From Promethearchaeia archaeon (GTDB lineage: Archaea; Asgardarchaeota; Lokiarchaeia; Sigyniarchaeales; SOKP01): DNA of 64,000 bases. Positions within the stretch are counted from its first letter, which is position 1. Each line of letters opens with the position of its first letter. Location of the stretch: positions 96,001 to 160,000 of the forward strand of contig JAHQWG010000047.1 of assembly GCA_029856045.1 (NCBI GenBank), read 5' to 3'. Of the stretch, positions 39,936 through 50,102 are shown piece by piece. The notes beneath the pieces were generated by a model. That model ran no database searches. It was given only the letters and a program-made list of their open reading frames with translations, and was not told where the DNA came from. A program made the position numbers and the translations under genes.

Positions 39936-40754
39936 TTATTCACGCATTATAGGAACAATTTTTGACTCAAAATCCTCTCTATTATATGGAAATTCCTCAT
40001 CAGAACTTATTTGACCGATTAATCTGAGTACTTCTCGAGCCAATAAAAAGAATACTAAGCCAAGAGCCTTTTTACCTCTGTTATTGGCAGGAATTGCCAG
40101 GTCTACGTTTGCTAGATCATCATCAGTATCAATGAGCGATAAGACTGGAATTCGTGCTATTTTTGCTTCTTTCAGAGCTTGTTTATCTGCATGTGGATCA
40201 ACAATTATTACTAATGAAACGTTTCTAATGTAAGCCTCCATGTTTGGGTTAGTTAACGAGCCGGGAACAAATCTAATATCCCTCGCAATCACATTCTTAC
40301 CTAATACTTCCGAAAATTTTCTTATAGGCTCTTTTCCATACCTCCTCACAGAAGATATAACAATCTTAGATGATTCGTCATGAGTTTTCCCTTCTTCTAT
40401 AAATTTGGCAATCCATTTGGCAGCAATGTGAAGTCTTTCTTCAGTTCGGCGTATATTGAGAACGTAGAGTCCGTAATTGGTTTGCCTGTAAATAAAGTCA
40501 TTACTGGCGCTAAAATGGTTGAGGTGAATATTTCTAAGTTTTCCACTTAAAATCTTCGTTCCAATATGAATTCCACTACTTAAAAACATCTGCTTAATCT
40601 CCTCATCCATCTCCTCAACTTCTTCTTCCTCAGGCTTTTCTTCTACAGGAATAATAAATTCTTCTTCAACTTCTTCTTCCTCAATTTCTTCAAAATCTTC
40701 CTTAAAATCCTCCTCGAAATCTTCCTTTAATCCATCGTCTTTTTTCTCTGACAT
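39936..40754 (-). CDS. rps2: 30S ribosomal protein S2 (uS2) with acidic N-terminal extension
   Basis: GIHIGTK, RFVPGSLTNP, DPHADKQA and IPANNRG. Confidence 0.95.
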   Translation of the reverse strand: MSEKKDDGLKEDFEEDFKEDFEEIEEEEVEEEFIIPVEEKPEEEEVEEMDEEIKQMFLSSGIHIGTKILSGKLRNIHLNHFSASNDFIYRQTNYGLYVLNIRRTEERLHIAAKWIAKFIEEGKTHDESSKIVISSVRRYGKEPIRKFSEVLGKNVIARDIRFVPGSLTNPNMEAYIRNVSLVIIVDPHADKQALKEAKIARIPVLSLIDTDDDLANVDLAIPANNRGKKALGLVFFLLAREVLRLIGQISSDEEFPYNREDFESKIVPIMRE

Positions 40755-40932
40755 AATATCTCTGACACAGTATCTTTTATAAGCTTAATATTAAACTCTA
40801 ATAAAATATAACTTTAATAATTTTTGATTTCTAAAAAAAAAGATTAAAATTTAAGTTCTTACGTTATATTCTAAATAAATAACAGTCCGAAAAAAAGTTA
40901 AAATTTTAAATTGCATATAAGAGAGAAAAAAA

Positions 40933-41445
40933 ATGAGAAAAATTGGAAGATTACCAATTGGAATTATCGTAGGAATATTTGCTAGTTTTTTTTTGGCTTG
41001 GGGATTTTCCGCATGGGCAGATTTCAGCGATATGATTACAACTTTGCAAACTTCCCCGAGCACAGGACTGTATAGATGGATTGGAAAGGCATTTTCATTA
41101 GATTTAAATTTAATTGGTTTCTTTTCCCACTTGCCTTCTAATTTTGTGGGAGTAATAACGGGATTATTTAGCGGTAATATGCTTGCATGGATTTTTACGG
41201 GAGGAATTGCAGCCTGTATCACTAAGGGAACTAAAAGAGGGATCGTTGCTGCATTATTAGTTTTTGTAATCGATTTTCTTATATGGATTCTTTTTGCTAT
41301 TTTATCTGGAGTGGATTTGTTAAGCATGTTTTCTGGTGAAGATTTAATAATTACATTGGGAATTATTCTAGGCGGAACTCTAGGTTCATTAATAGGAGGT
41401 TTCACATTCGGTTTTGCCTCCGGTCCATATGAAGATATAATCTAA
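40933..41445 (+). CDS. Hypothetical membrane protein
   Basis: Gly-rich hydrophobic helices; ATG start. Confidence 0.7.
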   Translation: MRKIGRLPIGIIVGIFASFFLAWGFSAWADFSDMITTLQTSPSTGLYRWIGKAFSLDLNLIGFFSHLPSNFVGVITGLFSGNMLAWIFTGGIAACITKGTKRGIVAALLVFVIDFLIWILFAILSGVDLLSMFSGEDLIITLGIILGGTLGSLIGGFTFGFASGPYEDII

Positions 41446-41553
41446 TTATGAGATATGCAATATATCAATAATTTAAAAAAAAAAAATGAAATTTTAATTT
41501 TCTAAAATTTCTAATATATTTTAAAAAAAAAAGTCTATTTAATCGTTAGACGT

Positions 41554-42492
41554 TTAATTATTGTATTTTAAAACGTTATCTCCTTTATCGACATTTCCGA
41601 TTAAGCGAGCGCATACATCACATTTAACTCGGAGGATTAAAAAAACATTTTTTAATTTAATTTTATCAAATAATGACATGAATGTTTCTAGATTTGCCTG
41701 TCCTTTAGCAATAATTAACGGTTCGTTTATAAGCCATTGTAAAAATTTGGGCTCTACTAATTCTGGGTCAATTCCATAAGAATTTGATCCTGTAGTGATA
41801 ACATTTTCTGTAAATTCTTCTAGTTTAACCATGTTGGCGTCATCTAATGTGGCATCATTTGTGATTGATCCTCCTTTTACAATTGCAGTGGATTTAATAC
41901 CATTTTCTTTTAATAATCTCATTAAAATTTTATCAAACACTATTTCGCCGGCATTATCGAGGATATAGCATACTTTTTTATATTTATTGAGTTTTTCGAT
42001 TAATTGATCTATTTGATTTATTTTTAATCCTTGAGTTTTAATTTGGTAAAACTCTTGTTTAATATTTTCTGGATCAAGATTAATTTCATGGCCAGCAGTG
42101 CCAAAATCGATTATATTTCCAGTTATCGAGCCAAGAATTGCGAAATATAATTTTTCTTTAAAAGTTTTACCTTTATTTATTTCCTTCCAAAAGAAGTCTT
42201 CAAGGTTTAGAATCGTTTTATTACTAAGTTCTTTTAGGTTTTTATAAGGGTCTTTTATACCGGTAATATTTTTTATGGATTCATACACTTTTGCAGAAAA
42301 TCTAAAGGGATAGCTATATTCAGAAAATTCTTCTCCTAAAGTTTTGAGAATTTGTTTTATTCCTCTAAATTTAATTTCTTCCTTTTTTTCTTTATTAAGA
42401 TTTACTTGTTCCAGAGAAAGATTAAGGGTTTTACATGCTATTTCAAATATGCATGAGGCGCAAATTGGTTCGACGTAGGTTTTTTTTCGCAT
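41554..42492 (-). CDS. ARMT1/DUF89 damage-control phosphatase
   Basis: CASC, DPY, GNIIDFG, DNAGE and KGQANLE. Confidence 0.9.
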   Translation of the reverse strand: MRKKTYVEPICASCIFEIACKTLNLSLEQVNLNKEKKEEIKFRGIKQILKTLGEEFSEYSYPFRFSAKVYESIKNITGIKDPYKNLKELSNKTILNLEDFFWKEINKGKTFKEKLYFAILGSITGNIIDFGTAGHEINLDPENIKQEFYQIKTQGLKINQIDQLIEKLNKYKKVCYILDNAGEIVFDKILMRLLKENGIKSTAIVKGGSITNDATLDDANMVKLEEFTENVITTGSNSYGIDPELVEPKFLQWLINEPLIIAKGQANLETFMSLFDKIKLKNVFLILRVKCDVCARLIGNVDKGDNVLKYNN

Positions 42493-42622
42493 AGGAGCAT
42501 TACTTCAAGGAATTGATAACATTATTATGGATAAAATAATATTATTACTATAATTACTATTAAAAAAATTTTCTGGAAATTTATCAATTTTACGCTCAAA
42601 ATCAAAGGCTTAAGCTAAGGAA

Positions 42623-43159
42623 ATGAAGCAAGAAGAATATATAATTCCTTCAAGAGAGCATACCCTAGAATTACTGAGAGAGGTTAGAGTTCCAGCTCAT
42701 GTTAGAAAACATTCAATTGCAGTTGCAAAAAAGGCTTTAGAAATTGCAAATAAGATAAAAAGAGCAGAAGTCAATAAAAATTTAGTTGAAATTGGCGCGT
42801 TACTGCATGATATTGGGCGTTCAAAGACCCACGGATTTAAGCATTCTCTTATTGGTGGTAAAATTTTAAGGAATTTGGGGTATCCAAAAGAGTTAGCGCT
42901 AATTTGTGAGAGACACATTCTTGGTGGGCTTGATGCAGAAGATGCGGAAAGTGTGGGGTTACCAAGAAAAGACTATTTACCTCAAACATTAGAAGAAAAA
43001 ATTGTATGTTTAGCCGATAAGCACTTCACGGGGCATAAAGAAGTTACTATTCAACAAAGATTCAATAAATGGTTCAAAAAGTATGGTAGAAGTAAAATTT
43101 TATTAAAATCTAAAAGAAGAATTGAAGATATTCAGAAAGAATTAAATGCATTGATGTAA
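42623..43159 (+). CDS. HD-domain (HDIG) phosphohydrolase, archaeal TIGR00295-like
   Basis: HS...LLHDIGR...ERH...EEKIVCLADK. Confidence 0.88.
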   Translation: MKQEEYIIPSREHTLELLREVRVPAHVRKHSIAVAKKALEIANKIKRAEVNKNLVEIGALLHDIGRSKTHGFKHSLIGGKILRNLGYPKELALICERHILGGLDAEDAESVGLPRKDYLPQTLEEKIVCLADKHFTGHKEVTIQQRFNKWFKKYGRSKILLKSKRRIEDIQKELNALM

Positions 43160-43265
43160 TTTCAAATTATTCTTATTTAGTTTTATTTTATTTTTCTAAT
43201 GAGTTATTTAAACTCTAAGCAGTAAATAGATAATTTATTAATTTGAATTTTCTTAACTCTCATTT

Positions 43266-44405
43266 ATGAGAATTAAGGATTTCAAGTTAGAACAATTTTT
43301 TACTAAATATGAATTTATTGCTCCTTATTTATTATGTTGCTCGGATTGTGAATCATTTAGCGTGGGGGAATTATTAGAATTAGATGAGAATTCAGAAGAA
43401 GACTTAAAAGGATTGTCATTAGGTTATACAGAAACACAAGGTAACCCCTCCCTTAGAAAAGAGATATCCAACTTATATGAAAACATAGATCTAGATGATG
43501 TAGTTGTTCTTTTAGGAGCAGAAGAGGGTATTTTTATTTTTATGAATGTTTTTCTTGATAAAGGAGATCACATTATAGTTCAGTATCCCGCTTATCAGTC
43601 GCTTTTTGAAGTTGCAATCTCAATAGGTTGTGAAGTTACTAAATGGGAAATGAATGAGCAAAATAATTGGGAACTTGAGATTGATTTCTTAAAAAATAGT
43701 ATTAAAAATAATACTAAAGCGATTGTAATAAATTGTCCAAATAATCCCACCGGCTATTTAATGTCTAAGGAAAAATTACAGATGATCATTGATATTGCAA
43801 AAAAAAATGATATTTATATTTTCTCTGATGAAGTATATAGATTTTTGGAATATGATGAAAAAGATAGGCTTCCAGCGATGTGTGATATATATAATAAAGG
43901 AATTTCTCTTGGAGATATGTCTAAAACATTTGCACTTCCGGGATTAAGAATAGGCTGGATTGCAACTAAGGATAAATCCTTAATACAAAAAATTATTTCT
44001 TTTAAGCATTATACATCAATATGCAATAGTGCGCTAAGTGAATTTTTTTCGATATTAGTTTTAAAGAATAAAGAATATGTTATAAAAAGAAATTTAAACC
44101 TCATAGAAAATAATCTTAAGTTATTAGATAAATTCTTTAACGATTATAATCATCTCTTTGAATGGGTAAAACCACAAGCAGGCGTAATTGGTTTCCCTCG
44201 GATAAAATTTAATGAAGATATTGAAAAATTTTATAGTGATTTATTAAAAAAAAAAGGGGTTTTATTGATGTCTAGCACAAATTTTGATTTTGGAGGTAAG
44301 CATTTCAGAATTGGGTTTGGTAGAAAAAACATGCCTGAAGCATTAGAAAAATTAGAGAAATATATACAAGAGTACTATTTATCAAGAAAAAAAATAAAAA
44401 AATAA
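43266..44405 (+). CDS. PLP-dependent aminotransferase class I/II
   Basis: PNNPTG, SDEVY and SKTFALPGLRIGW. Confidence 0.9.
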   Translation: MRIKDFKLEQFFTKYEFIAPYLLCCSDCESFSVGELLELDENSEEDLKGLSLGYTETQGNPSLRKEISNLYENIDLDDVVVLLGAEEGIFIFMNVFLDKGDHIIVQYPAYQSLFEVAISIGCEVTKWEMNEQNNWELEIDFLKNSIKNNTKAIVINCPNNPTGYLMSKEKLQMIIDIAKKNDIYIFSDEVYRFLEYDEKDRLPAMCDIYNKGISLGDMSKTFALPGLRIGWIATKDKSLIQKIISFKHYTSICNSALSEFFSILVLKNKEYVIKRNLNLIENNLKLLDKFFNDYNHLFEWVKPQAGVIGFPRIKFNEDIEKFYSDLLKKKGVLLMSSTNFDFGGKHFRIGFGRKNMPEALEKLEKYIQEYYLSRKKIKK

Positions 44406-44575
44406 GAACTTGAGAAAAATTCTCATTTGTGCTTTCATTTTTACTATTTTGTTTTTTTTTTTCCACTTTTTCTATATAGAGAATTTCAATAAAAAAAAAT
44501 GTAAAGAAAAAGTTTATTATCCTTTAAAAAGTATTTTTTACTGATAACTGAGATTCAGTTATATGAGGTTTATCT

Positions 44576-46084
44576 ATGTTCAAAGAAGATGGAATTTTAT
44601 GTATTGATGTATCTTCTCAAAAAATAAAAGTAGCAATTGTAAGTGAAAATTGTGATATTTTAGCAAATACTGAAAGAAACTTCTTTTTTAAAAATGATGA
44701 TATTGAAGGTTTCGCAAAAAGTTACAATACAGATGAGATCTGGAACATCTTGATGAGTTGTATTAAAGATGTGATTAGAAAATCTAAAATTAATCCAATG
44801 AATATTTTAGGAATTACTTCATGCACTCAAAGACAAGCGTGTGTTTTTGTTTCTGATGAAGGTGAAGTAATATATGCTGGTCCAAATTGTGATGTACGTG
44901 GAATTGATTCACAATATTTAATAGATGATGAGTTTGAAGAAGAAGAACTATTTAATATCACTGGACATAATCCTCCATTAATATTTCCACTTGCTAGACT
45001 CCTATGGTTCCAAGAAGAAAGAGAAGATTTATTTGAAAAAATTGGCAAAGTTTTATTATTTGATGATTGGATTGTCTATAAGTTGACTGATATCTTTTGT
45101 ACTGATCCAACTTCTGCAGCTGAATCTCTCATATTTGATATATCTAAAAGTAAATGGTCTGATAAAATTATTGATACATTTGATTTTAATAGAGATCTTT
45201 TCCCAGAAATTATTCAAGTTTCAGATATTGTTGGAGATTTAAAGACAGATATAGCCAAGAAATTTAATTTACCCAAATCCATTCCTGTTATTAAAACTGG
45301 AGCTGATACTCAAGCGAGTTTAATAGGAACTGCATGTATTGAAGATAATCAAATTGGAATTACTATAGGCACAACAGCTCCTTTATATCTTGTGGTTAAT
45401 TCACCCCGCATAGACCCAAATTTAAATATGTGGACTACACTACATGCCATTAAAGATAAATGGTTAATTGAAAGTAATACTGGAATGACCGGAAAAATTT
45501 ATGATTGGTATAAAGATTCATTTCTAAGTGGGTTATCCAATGATTTGAACTCTATTACTGAAGAATATTTATTAGAAACAGAACCAGGTGCAAATTCTAC
45601 ACTTGCTTTTCTTGGTCCAGAAAGAATGGATATAAATAGTCAAACTAATATTAAACCAGGAGTTTTTGTATTACCAACTCCAGGTTCAATTTCAGAAATT
45701 CTTTCAGACAGAAAAAATTTTTTAAGAGCGATATTTGAAAATATAGGTTTTGGGATTTTAGAAAATTTAATCCAAATATTAAATTTTGAAAGTAATCATA
45801 AAGAGATATTTTTCAGTGGAGGCTTGGCAAACTCAAAAAGTTTTAATCAAATTCTCTCAAATATTTTAAATAAAGAATTATACCTGCCTAATATCAAAGA
45901 ATCTGCATTTTCAGGTGAAGCAATCAATGTTTTAATTGGATTAGAATATTATCAGAATTATAGAAATGCAATAAATAAACTTGTTAAATTAACTAAGATT
46001 AGTCCTGATGAAGATATCGCATTGAAATATGAAAAGATTTATCATCGTTGGAGTCGTATCAAAAAACAACTAAATTTTGTTTAG
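44576..46084 (+). CDS. FGGY-family carbohydrate kinase (LsrK-like)
   Basis: N-terminal CIDVSS, QRQ...GPNCDVRG, ADTQ, GTT and SGG; GAGG SD. Confidence 0.8.
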   Translation: MFKEDGILCIDVSSQKIKVAIVSENCDILANTERNFFFKNDDIEGFAKSYNTDEIWNILMSCIKDVIRKSKINPMNILGITSCTQRQACVFVSDEGEVIYAGPNCDVRGIDSQYLIDDEFEEEELFNITGHNPPLIFPLARLLWFQEEREDLFEKIGKVLLFDDWIVYKLTDIFCTDPTSAAESLIFDISKSKWSDKIIDTFDFNRDLFPEIIQVSDIVGDLKTDIAKKFNLPKSIPVIKTGADTQASLIGTACIEDNQIGITIGTTAPLYLVVNSPRIDPNLNMWTTLHAIKDKWLIESNTGMTGKIYDWYKDSFLSGLSNDLNSITEEYLLETEPGANSTLAFLGPERMDINSQTNIKPGVFVLPTPGSISEILSDRKNFLRAIFENIGFGILENLIQILNFESNHKEIFFSGGLANSKSFNQILSNILNKELYLPNIKESAFSGEAINVLIGLEYYQNYRNAINKLVKLTKISPDEDIALKYEKIYHRWSRIKKQLNFV

Positions 46085-46195
46085 ATTATTCATTAAAAAC
46101 TATAAAATCCTTTTAAAAATAAATTTTAAAAAATTTAATAATCTTAATTTAATTCTATAAGACGATTAAAAATAATTGATCAATTCAAAAATAAA

Positions 46196-46558
46196 ATGAA
46201 AAAAAAAATGACTGAAATTAGTACAATCCAAGAAGGATTTAAAATGATAATAGATCGTTATAATTCCGAAGAAAAAATCAGAAAAAAACTTGCTAATTAC
46301 GATGAGCCGATCGAACTTACATTTTTAGATAATAATCATAAAGCAATGATTATAGTTAAAAAAGATCAAGGAATTGAAATAAAAGATAATGTAGGAGATG
46401 ATAATGCTCTTGTGAAAATTCATTTTGAGTCAGAACAAGTAATGATTAATTTGTTTAATGGAGAAATTGGGGCTGTTGGTGCATATTCCTCAGGAAAAAT
46501 TAAAGTAATTGCAGGAAAAATAAGGAATTTGATAAAATTACGGAAATTATTATTTTAA
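46196..46558 (+). CDS. SCP2 sterol/lipid-binding domain protein
   Basis: C-terminal LFNGEIGAVGAYSSGKIKVIAGKIRNLIKL typical of SCP2. Confidence 0.7.
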   Translation: MKKKMTEISTIQEGFKMIIDRYNSEEKIRKKLANYDEPIELTFLDNNHKAMIIVKKDQGIEIKDNVGDDNALVKIHFESEQVMINLFNGEIGAVGAYSSGKIKVIAGKIRNLIKLRKLLF

Positions 46559-46566
46559 AAAAAAGG

Positions 46567-48261
46567 GTGTATCTCTTGAAAGCATTAATTACAGCAGAAA
46601 TTACTGAACGTGAATTAAATAGATTAAAAGAAAGAATAGAAGTTATATATGAACCTTGGAAAGAATCAGGTATACTATATTTTGATGAAGATGAACTAAT
46701 TGAAAAATTAAAAGGAATAGATATTCTCATCAGCGAGGGCGATAATGTAAAGAAAAGAGTAATTGAAGAATCTTCACTTAAGATAATCGCCTCCTGTAGA
46801 AACGATCCAAATAATATAGATTTTAAAACGGCATCCGAAAAAAGGATACCTGTTATTTATACACCAAAAAGGAATTCTGACTCAGTAGCCGATCTGACTC
46901 TTTGTTTAATTTTAGCACTCGCAAGAAATCTAACTAAAGTTGATAAATATTTACATTCAGAGGATTTTGAAATAAATGATTTAGAAGATTGGGTTAGGGA
47001 TTATAAAAAATTTGAAGGAATTGAGCTTAAAGGTAAGACTATTGGAGTTGTTGGATTTGGCAATATAGGAAAATTAGTTGTACAGAGACTGATTCCTTTT
47101 GGGGTGAATTTTTTAATCGCTGATCCTTTTATTGATAAAGAGAAAGTGAAAGAATTTGGAACTCTTGTAGAATTAAAAGAATTAATGCGTAGTTCAGATT
47201 TTATAACTTTACATCTTCCCCCAATAGAAGCGACTAATAATTTAATCAATGAAAAAATGATTTCATTAATGAAGTCCAGTGCTTACTTGATTAATACAGC
47301 AAAAGGAAGCGTTTTAGATTATAGAGCTTTAAAGAAAGCTTTAATGGATAAAAAAATTGCTGGAGCTGCTCTTGATGTTTTCCCTTTAGAACCAATAGAT
47401 GAAGATAATGAATTTTTAAAATTTGAAAATGTAATAGTGCTACCTCATTATGGTGGAAATACAATTAGTGTTATAAAAAGACATTCAAAAATGATTATTG
47501 ATGATGTGCTATCAATATTAGATAATGAACCACCTAAGAATATAGCAAACCCCGAAGTTTTAGGAAAAATTGGAAAAGTTCTTAAAGAAAAAACAGAAGA
47601 CTCTAATGTTCCATATTATGAATTACGAAAAAAATTAGCAGATATTGGATTACAATTATTAAAAGAAGGTTTTGTTTCTGGCTCCTCAGGAAATTTTTCT
47701 ATTAGAATTCCTGATGAAGAAAAAATTGTTATAACTCCAAGTAATGTAAAATATGAATTTATCAAACCAAAAGATATCTTAGTTTTAGATTTTGATGGAA
47801 ATGTTCTAATTGGTGATAAAAATCCATCGGTTGAAAAAATAATGCACTTAACTATTTATAAAAACCGACCTGATGTAGGAGCAATTATCCATTCTCATGG
47901 AGTTTACTCAACGGTACTAAGTCTCTTAAATCTTAATCTACCACCCGTAATTGAAGAGTTTGTTCCATATATTGGGGGAGAAGTAAAAGTGGCAGAATAT
48001 GGTGAATCTGGTTCCGAAGAAATTGCCGAGTATGCACTTAAAGCTTTAGGCGATACAAATGCTGTTATTTTAGCTAATCATGGAAATCTCTGTTGTGGAA
48101 GCCATATAGAAGGAGCATTGGATGTTTTAAAAATGGTAGAAAGAACCGCTAAAATCTACTTATTTGCTAAATTATTAGGCGAACCAAGGGAATTACCCGA
48201 AGATACTGTGGACTATGAGCTCGATGTATTCGAGCTTTTCAAAGAGAGCAAAAAGGTATAA
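46567..48261 (+). CDS. Fusion of D-2-hydroxyacid dehydrogenase and class II aldolase/adducin (FucA-like)
   Basis: GFGNIG, INTAKG, DVFPLEP and PHYGG, then GSSGNFS, PSVE..MH, IIHSH and LANHG, all in one frame. Confidence 0.88.
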   Translation: MYLLKALITAEITERELNRLKERIEVIYEPWKESGILYFDEDELIEKLKGIDILISEGDNVKKRVIEESSLKIIASCRNDPNNIDFKTASEKRIPVIYTPKRNSDSVADLTLCLILALARNLTKVDKYLHSEDFEINDLEDWVRDYKKFEGIELKGKTIGVVGFGNIGKLVVQRLIPFGVNFLIADPFIDKEKVKEFGTLVELKELMRSSDFITLHLPPIEATNNLINEKMISLMKSSAYLINTAKGSVLDYRALKKALMDKKIAGAALDVFPLEPIDEDNEFLKFENVIVLPHYGGNTISVIKRHSKMIIDDVLSILDNEPPKNIANPEVLGKIGKVLKEKTEDSNVPYYELRKKLADIGLQLLKEGFVSGSSGNFSIRIPDEEKIVITPSNVKYEFIKPKDILVLDFDGNVLIGDKNPSVEKIMHLTIYKNRPDVGAIIHSHGVYSTVLSLLNLNLPPVIEEFVPYIGGEVKVAEYGESGSEEIAEYALKALGDTNAVILANHGNLCCGSHIEGALDVLKMVERTAKIYLFAKLLGEPRELPEDTVDYELDVFELFKESKKV

Positions 48262-48295
48262 TCATTAAGTTTATTTCTATTATCATTTATTAATT

Positions 48296-48778
48296 TTATT
48301 TTATCTTATTTAATATTCCACCTACTTCTAATATCTCTACTAAAAATTTAGGAATTTTGCACATCTGAATTTTGATCTTTTTTGTTTCATTTACAATTAC
48401 TTCATTCTTTATAGAAATTTTTAAAATATCTCCCTCAGAGAATTTCTTTTTTACATCATTAATTTTTAGTGCAGGGATACCAAGATTAATTAGATTTCGG
48501 AAGTAGATTCGAGCAAATGATTCTGCTATTACAGCTTCAATTCCCAAAACTTTTAAAACATTAACTGCTTCTTCTCTAGAACTTCCCGACCCAAAATTTT
48601 TACCTGCAACAATAATATCGCCTTTTCTCACGTTTTGAACAAAATCTGGTCTTAGATTCTCTAAAACGTGTTTTGCAATTTCACCATTATCCCTTAAAGT
48701 TAAATATCGATGAGGTATGATATCATCAGTATTTATATTATCGCCGAATAAAAAAACTCTGCCTTTAATCTCCTTCAT
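48296..48778 (-). CDS. leuD: 3-isopropylmalate dehydratase/homoaconitase small subunit
   Basis: DNINTDDIIP, NFGSGSSRE and SFARIYFRN; specificity (leuD vs hacB) not resolved. Confidence 0.82.
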   Translation of the reverse strand: MKEIKGRVFLFGDNINTDDIIPHRYLTLRDNGEIAKHVLENLRPDFVQNVRKGDIIVAGKNFGSGSSREEAVNVLKVLGIEAVIAESFARIYFRNLINLGIPALKINDVKKKFSEGDILKISIKNEVIVNETKKIKIQMCKIPKFLVEILEVGGILNKIK

Positions 48779-48787
48779 AATATTGTG

Positions 48788-50065
48788 TTACACCTCTCTT
48801 GGATCAACAATTTTTCCCTTTAATGCGGAAGCAACAGTGGTTGTTGGTGAGGCTAAATATATTTGCGATGTAATATCACCCATTCTCCCAATAAAATTTC
48901 TATTCGTAGTACTTATACAAATCTCATTTGGACCCAATACACCTAAATGACCTCCAAAACAAGGTCCACAAGTTGGATTCCCAACTATTGCTCCTGAATT
49001 AAGGAAGATTTCAATTAATCCTTCCCTTATTGCTTTTAAATAAATTTCTTTTGAAGCTGGAATAACAATTAATCTAACATCTGGGTGAATTTTTTTATTT
49101 TTTAAAATTTGGGCTGCTTGACGCAGATCTTCTAGCCTTCCATTTGTGCAACTTCCTAAGAAAGCTTGATCAATTTTTATTTCCGGTAATTCTGATACAG
49201 GCACTACATTATCAGGACTTGCTGGTTTTGCTACAACAGGCACTATTTGGGATAAATCATAATTAAATTCTTCAACATAGACTGCATTATCATCAGGCAT
49301 TGTAAGTTTATAGTTAGAAATTGACCTTCCTTTTAACCATTCAACTAATTCATTATCCGGTATGAATATTCCACTCTTCGCTCCTGCTTCTACTACCATG
49401 TTGGAGACTGTCATTCGAGAATCAATAGAGAGAGATTTAATCCCATCTCCATGAAACTCCATAGATTTATATTCTGCACCACCGATTGAAAGATCTCTAA
49501 TTATTTGCAAGATTAAATCTTTAGACATTACATTTTCTCTTAATTGTCCTTTAAGGGAGAACTTTTGTGTCTCAGGTACCATAAACCACAATTTTCCTGT
49601 TGCAAACACCACCGACACGTCGGTTGCACCAATACCGGTCGAGAAACAATTGAAAGCTCCATATGTTGTTGTATGGCTATCAGAACCAACAATTAACATT
49701 CCCGGTTTTGCGAAACCTAATTCTGGTAAAACTTGATGGCATATTCCCTTATCCATACCAATATCATGTTTAAATTTATATTTTTTGGCAAATTTTCGAC
49801 AATCTTGGTGCATTTTAGCTGCTTCTATTGAAGGTGCCGGAACCCAATGGTCAAGAATAAAGAATATTTTATCTGGATCCCATACTTTATCGAGCTCGAG
49901 TTTTTCATATTCCTTATGGATGCGTCCACCAAGTTGCTCATGAACCATAACAAGATCGATATCTGCTTCAATAAATTCTCCGGGTGATATTGTTTTGTTG
50001 GAGGAATGTTCGCTTAAAATCTTCTCAGCAATGGTTTTTCCAGAATTTTCAGTCAATAATTTCAC
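48788..50065 (-). CDS. leuC: 3-isopropylmalate dehydratase/homoaconitase large subunit
   Basis: GICHQ, DSHT, GSCTNGR, CGPC and NRNF; specificity (leuC vs hacA) not resolved. Confidence 0.85.
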   Translation of the reverse strand: MKLLTENSGKTIAEKILSEHSSNKTISPGEFIEADIDLVMVHEQLGGRIHKEYEKLELDKVWDPDKIFFILDHWVPAPSIEAAKMHQDCRKFAKKYKFKHDIGMDKGICHQVLPELGFAKPGMLIVGSDSHTTTYGAFNCFSTGIGATDVSVVFATGKLWFMVPETQKFSLKGQLRENVMSKDLILQIIRDLSIGGAEYKSMEFHGDGIKSLSIDSRMTVSNMVVEAGAKSGIFIPDNELVEWLKGRSISNYKLTMPDDNAVYVEEFNYDLSQIVPVVAKPASPDNVVPVSELPEIKIDQAFLGSCTNGRLEDLRQAAQILKNKKIHPDVRLIVIPASKEIYLKAIREGLIEIFLNSGAIVGNPTCGPCFGGHLGVLGPNEICISTTNRNFIGRMGDITSQIYLASPTTTVASALKGKIVDPREV

Positions 50066-50102
50066 AAAATAAATTGAAAAATAATTATATAAGATATTGA
50101 TT

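Noticed and set aside
40495-40545. uS2 insertion as an mRNA BHB intron
   Set aside because: It is in frame with no stop, and I could not build a convincing bulge-helix-bulge.
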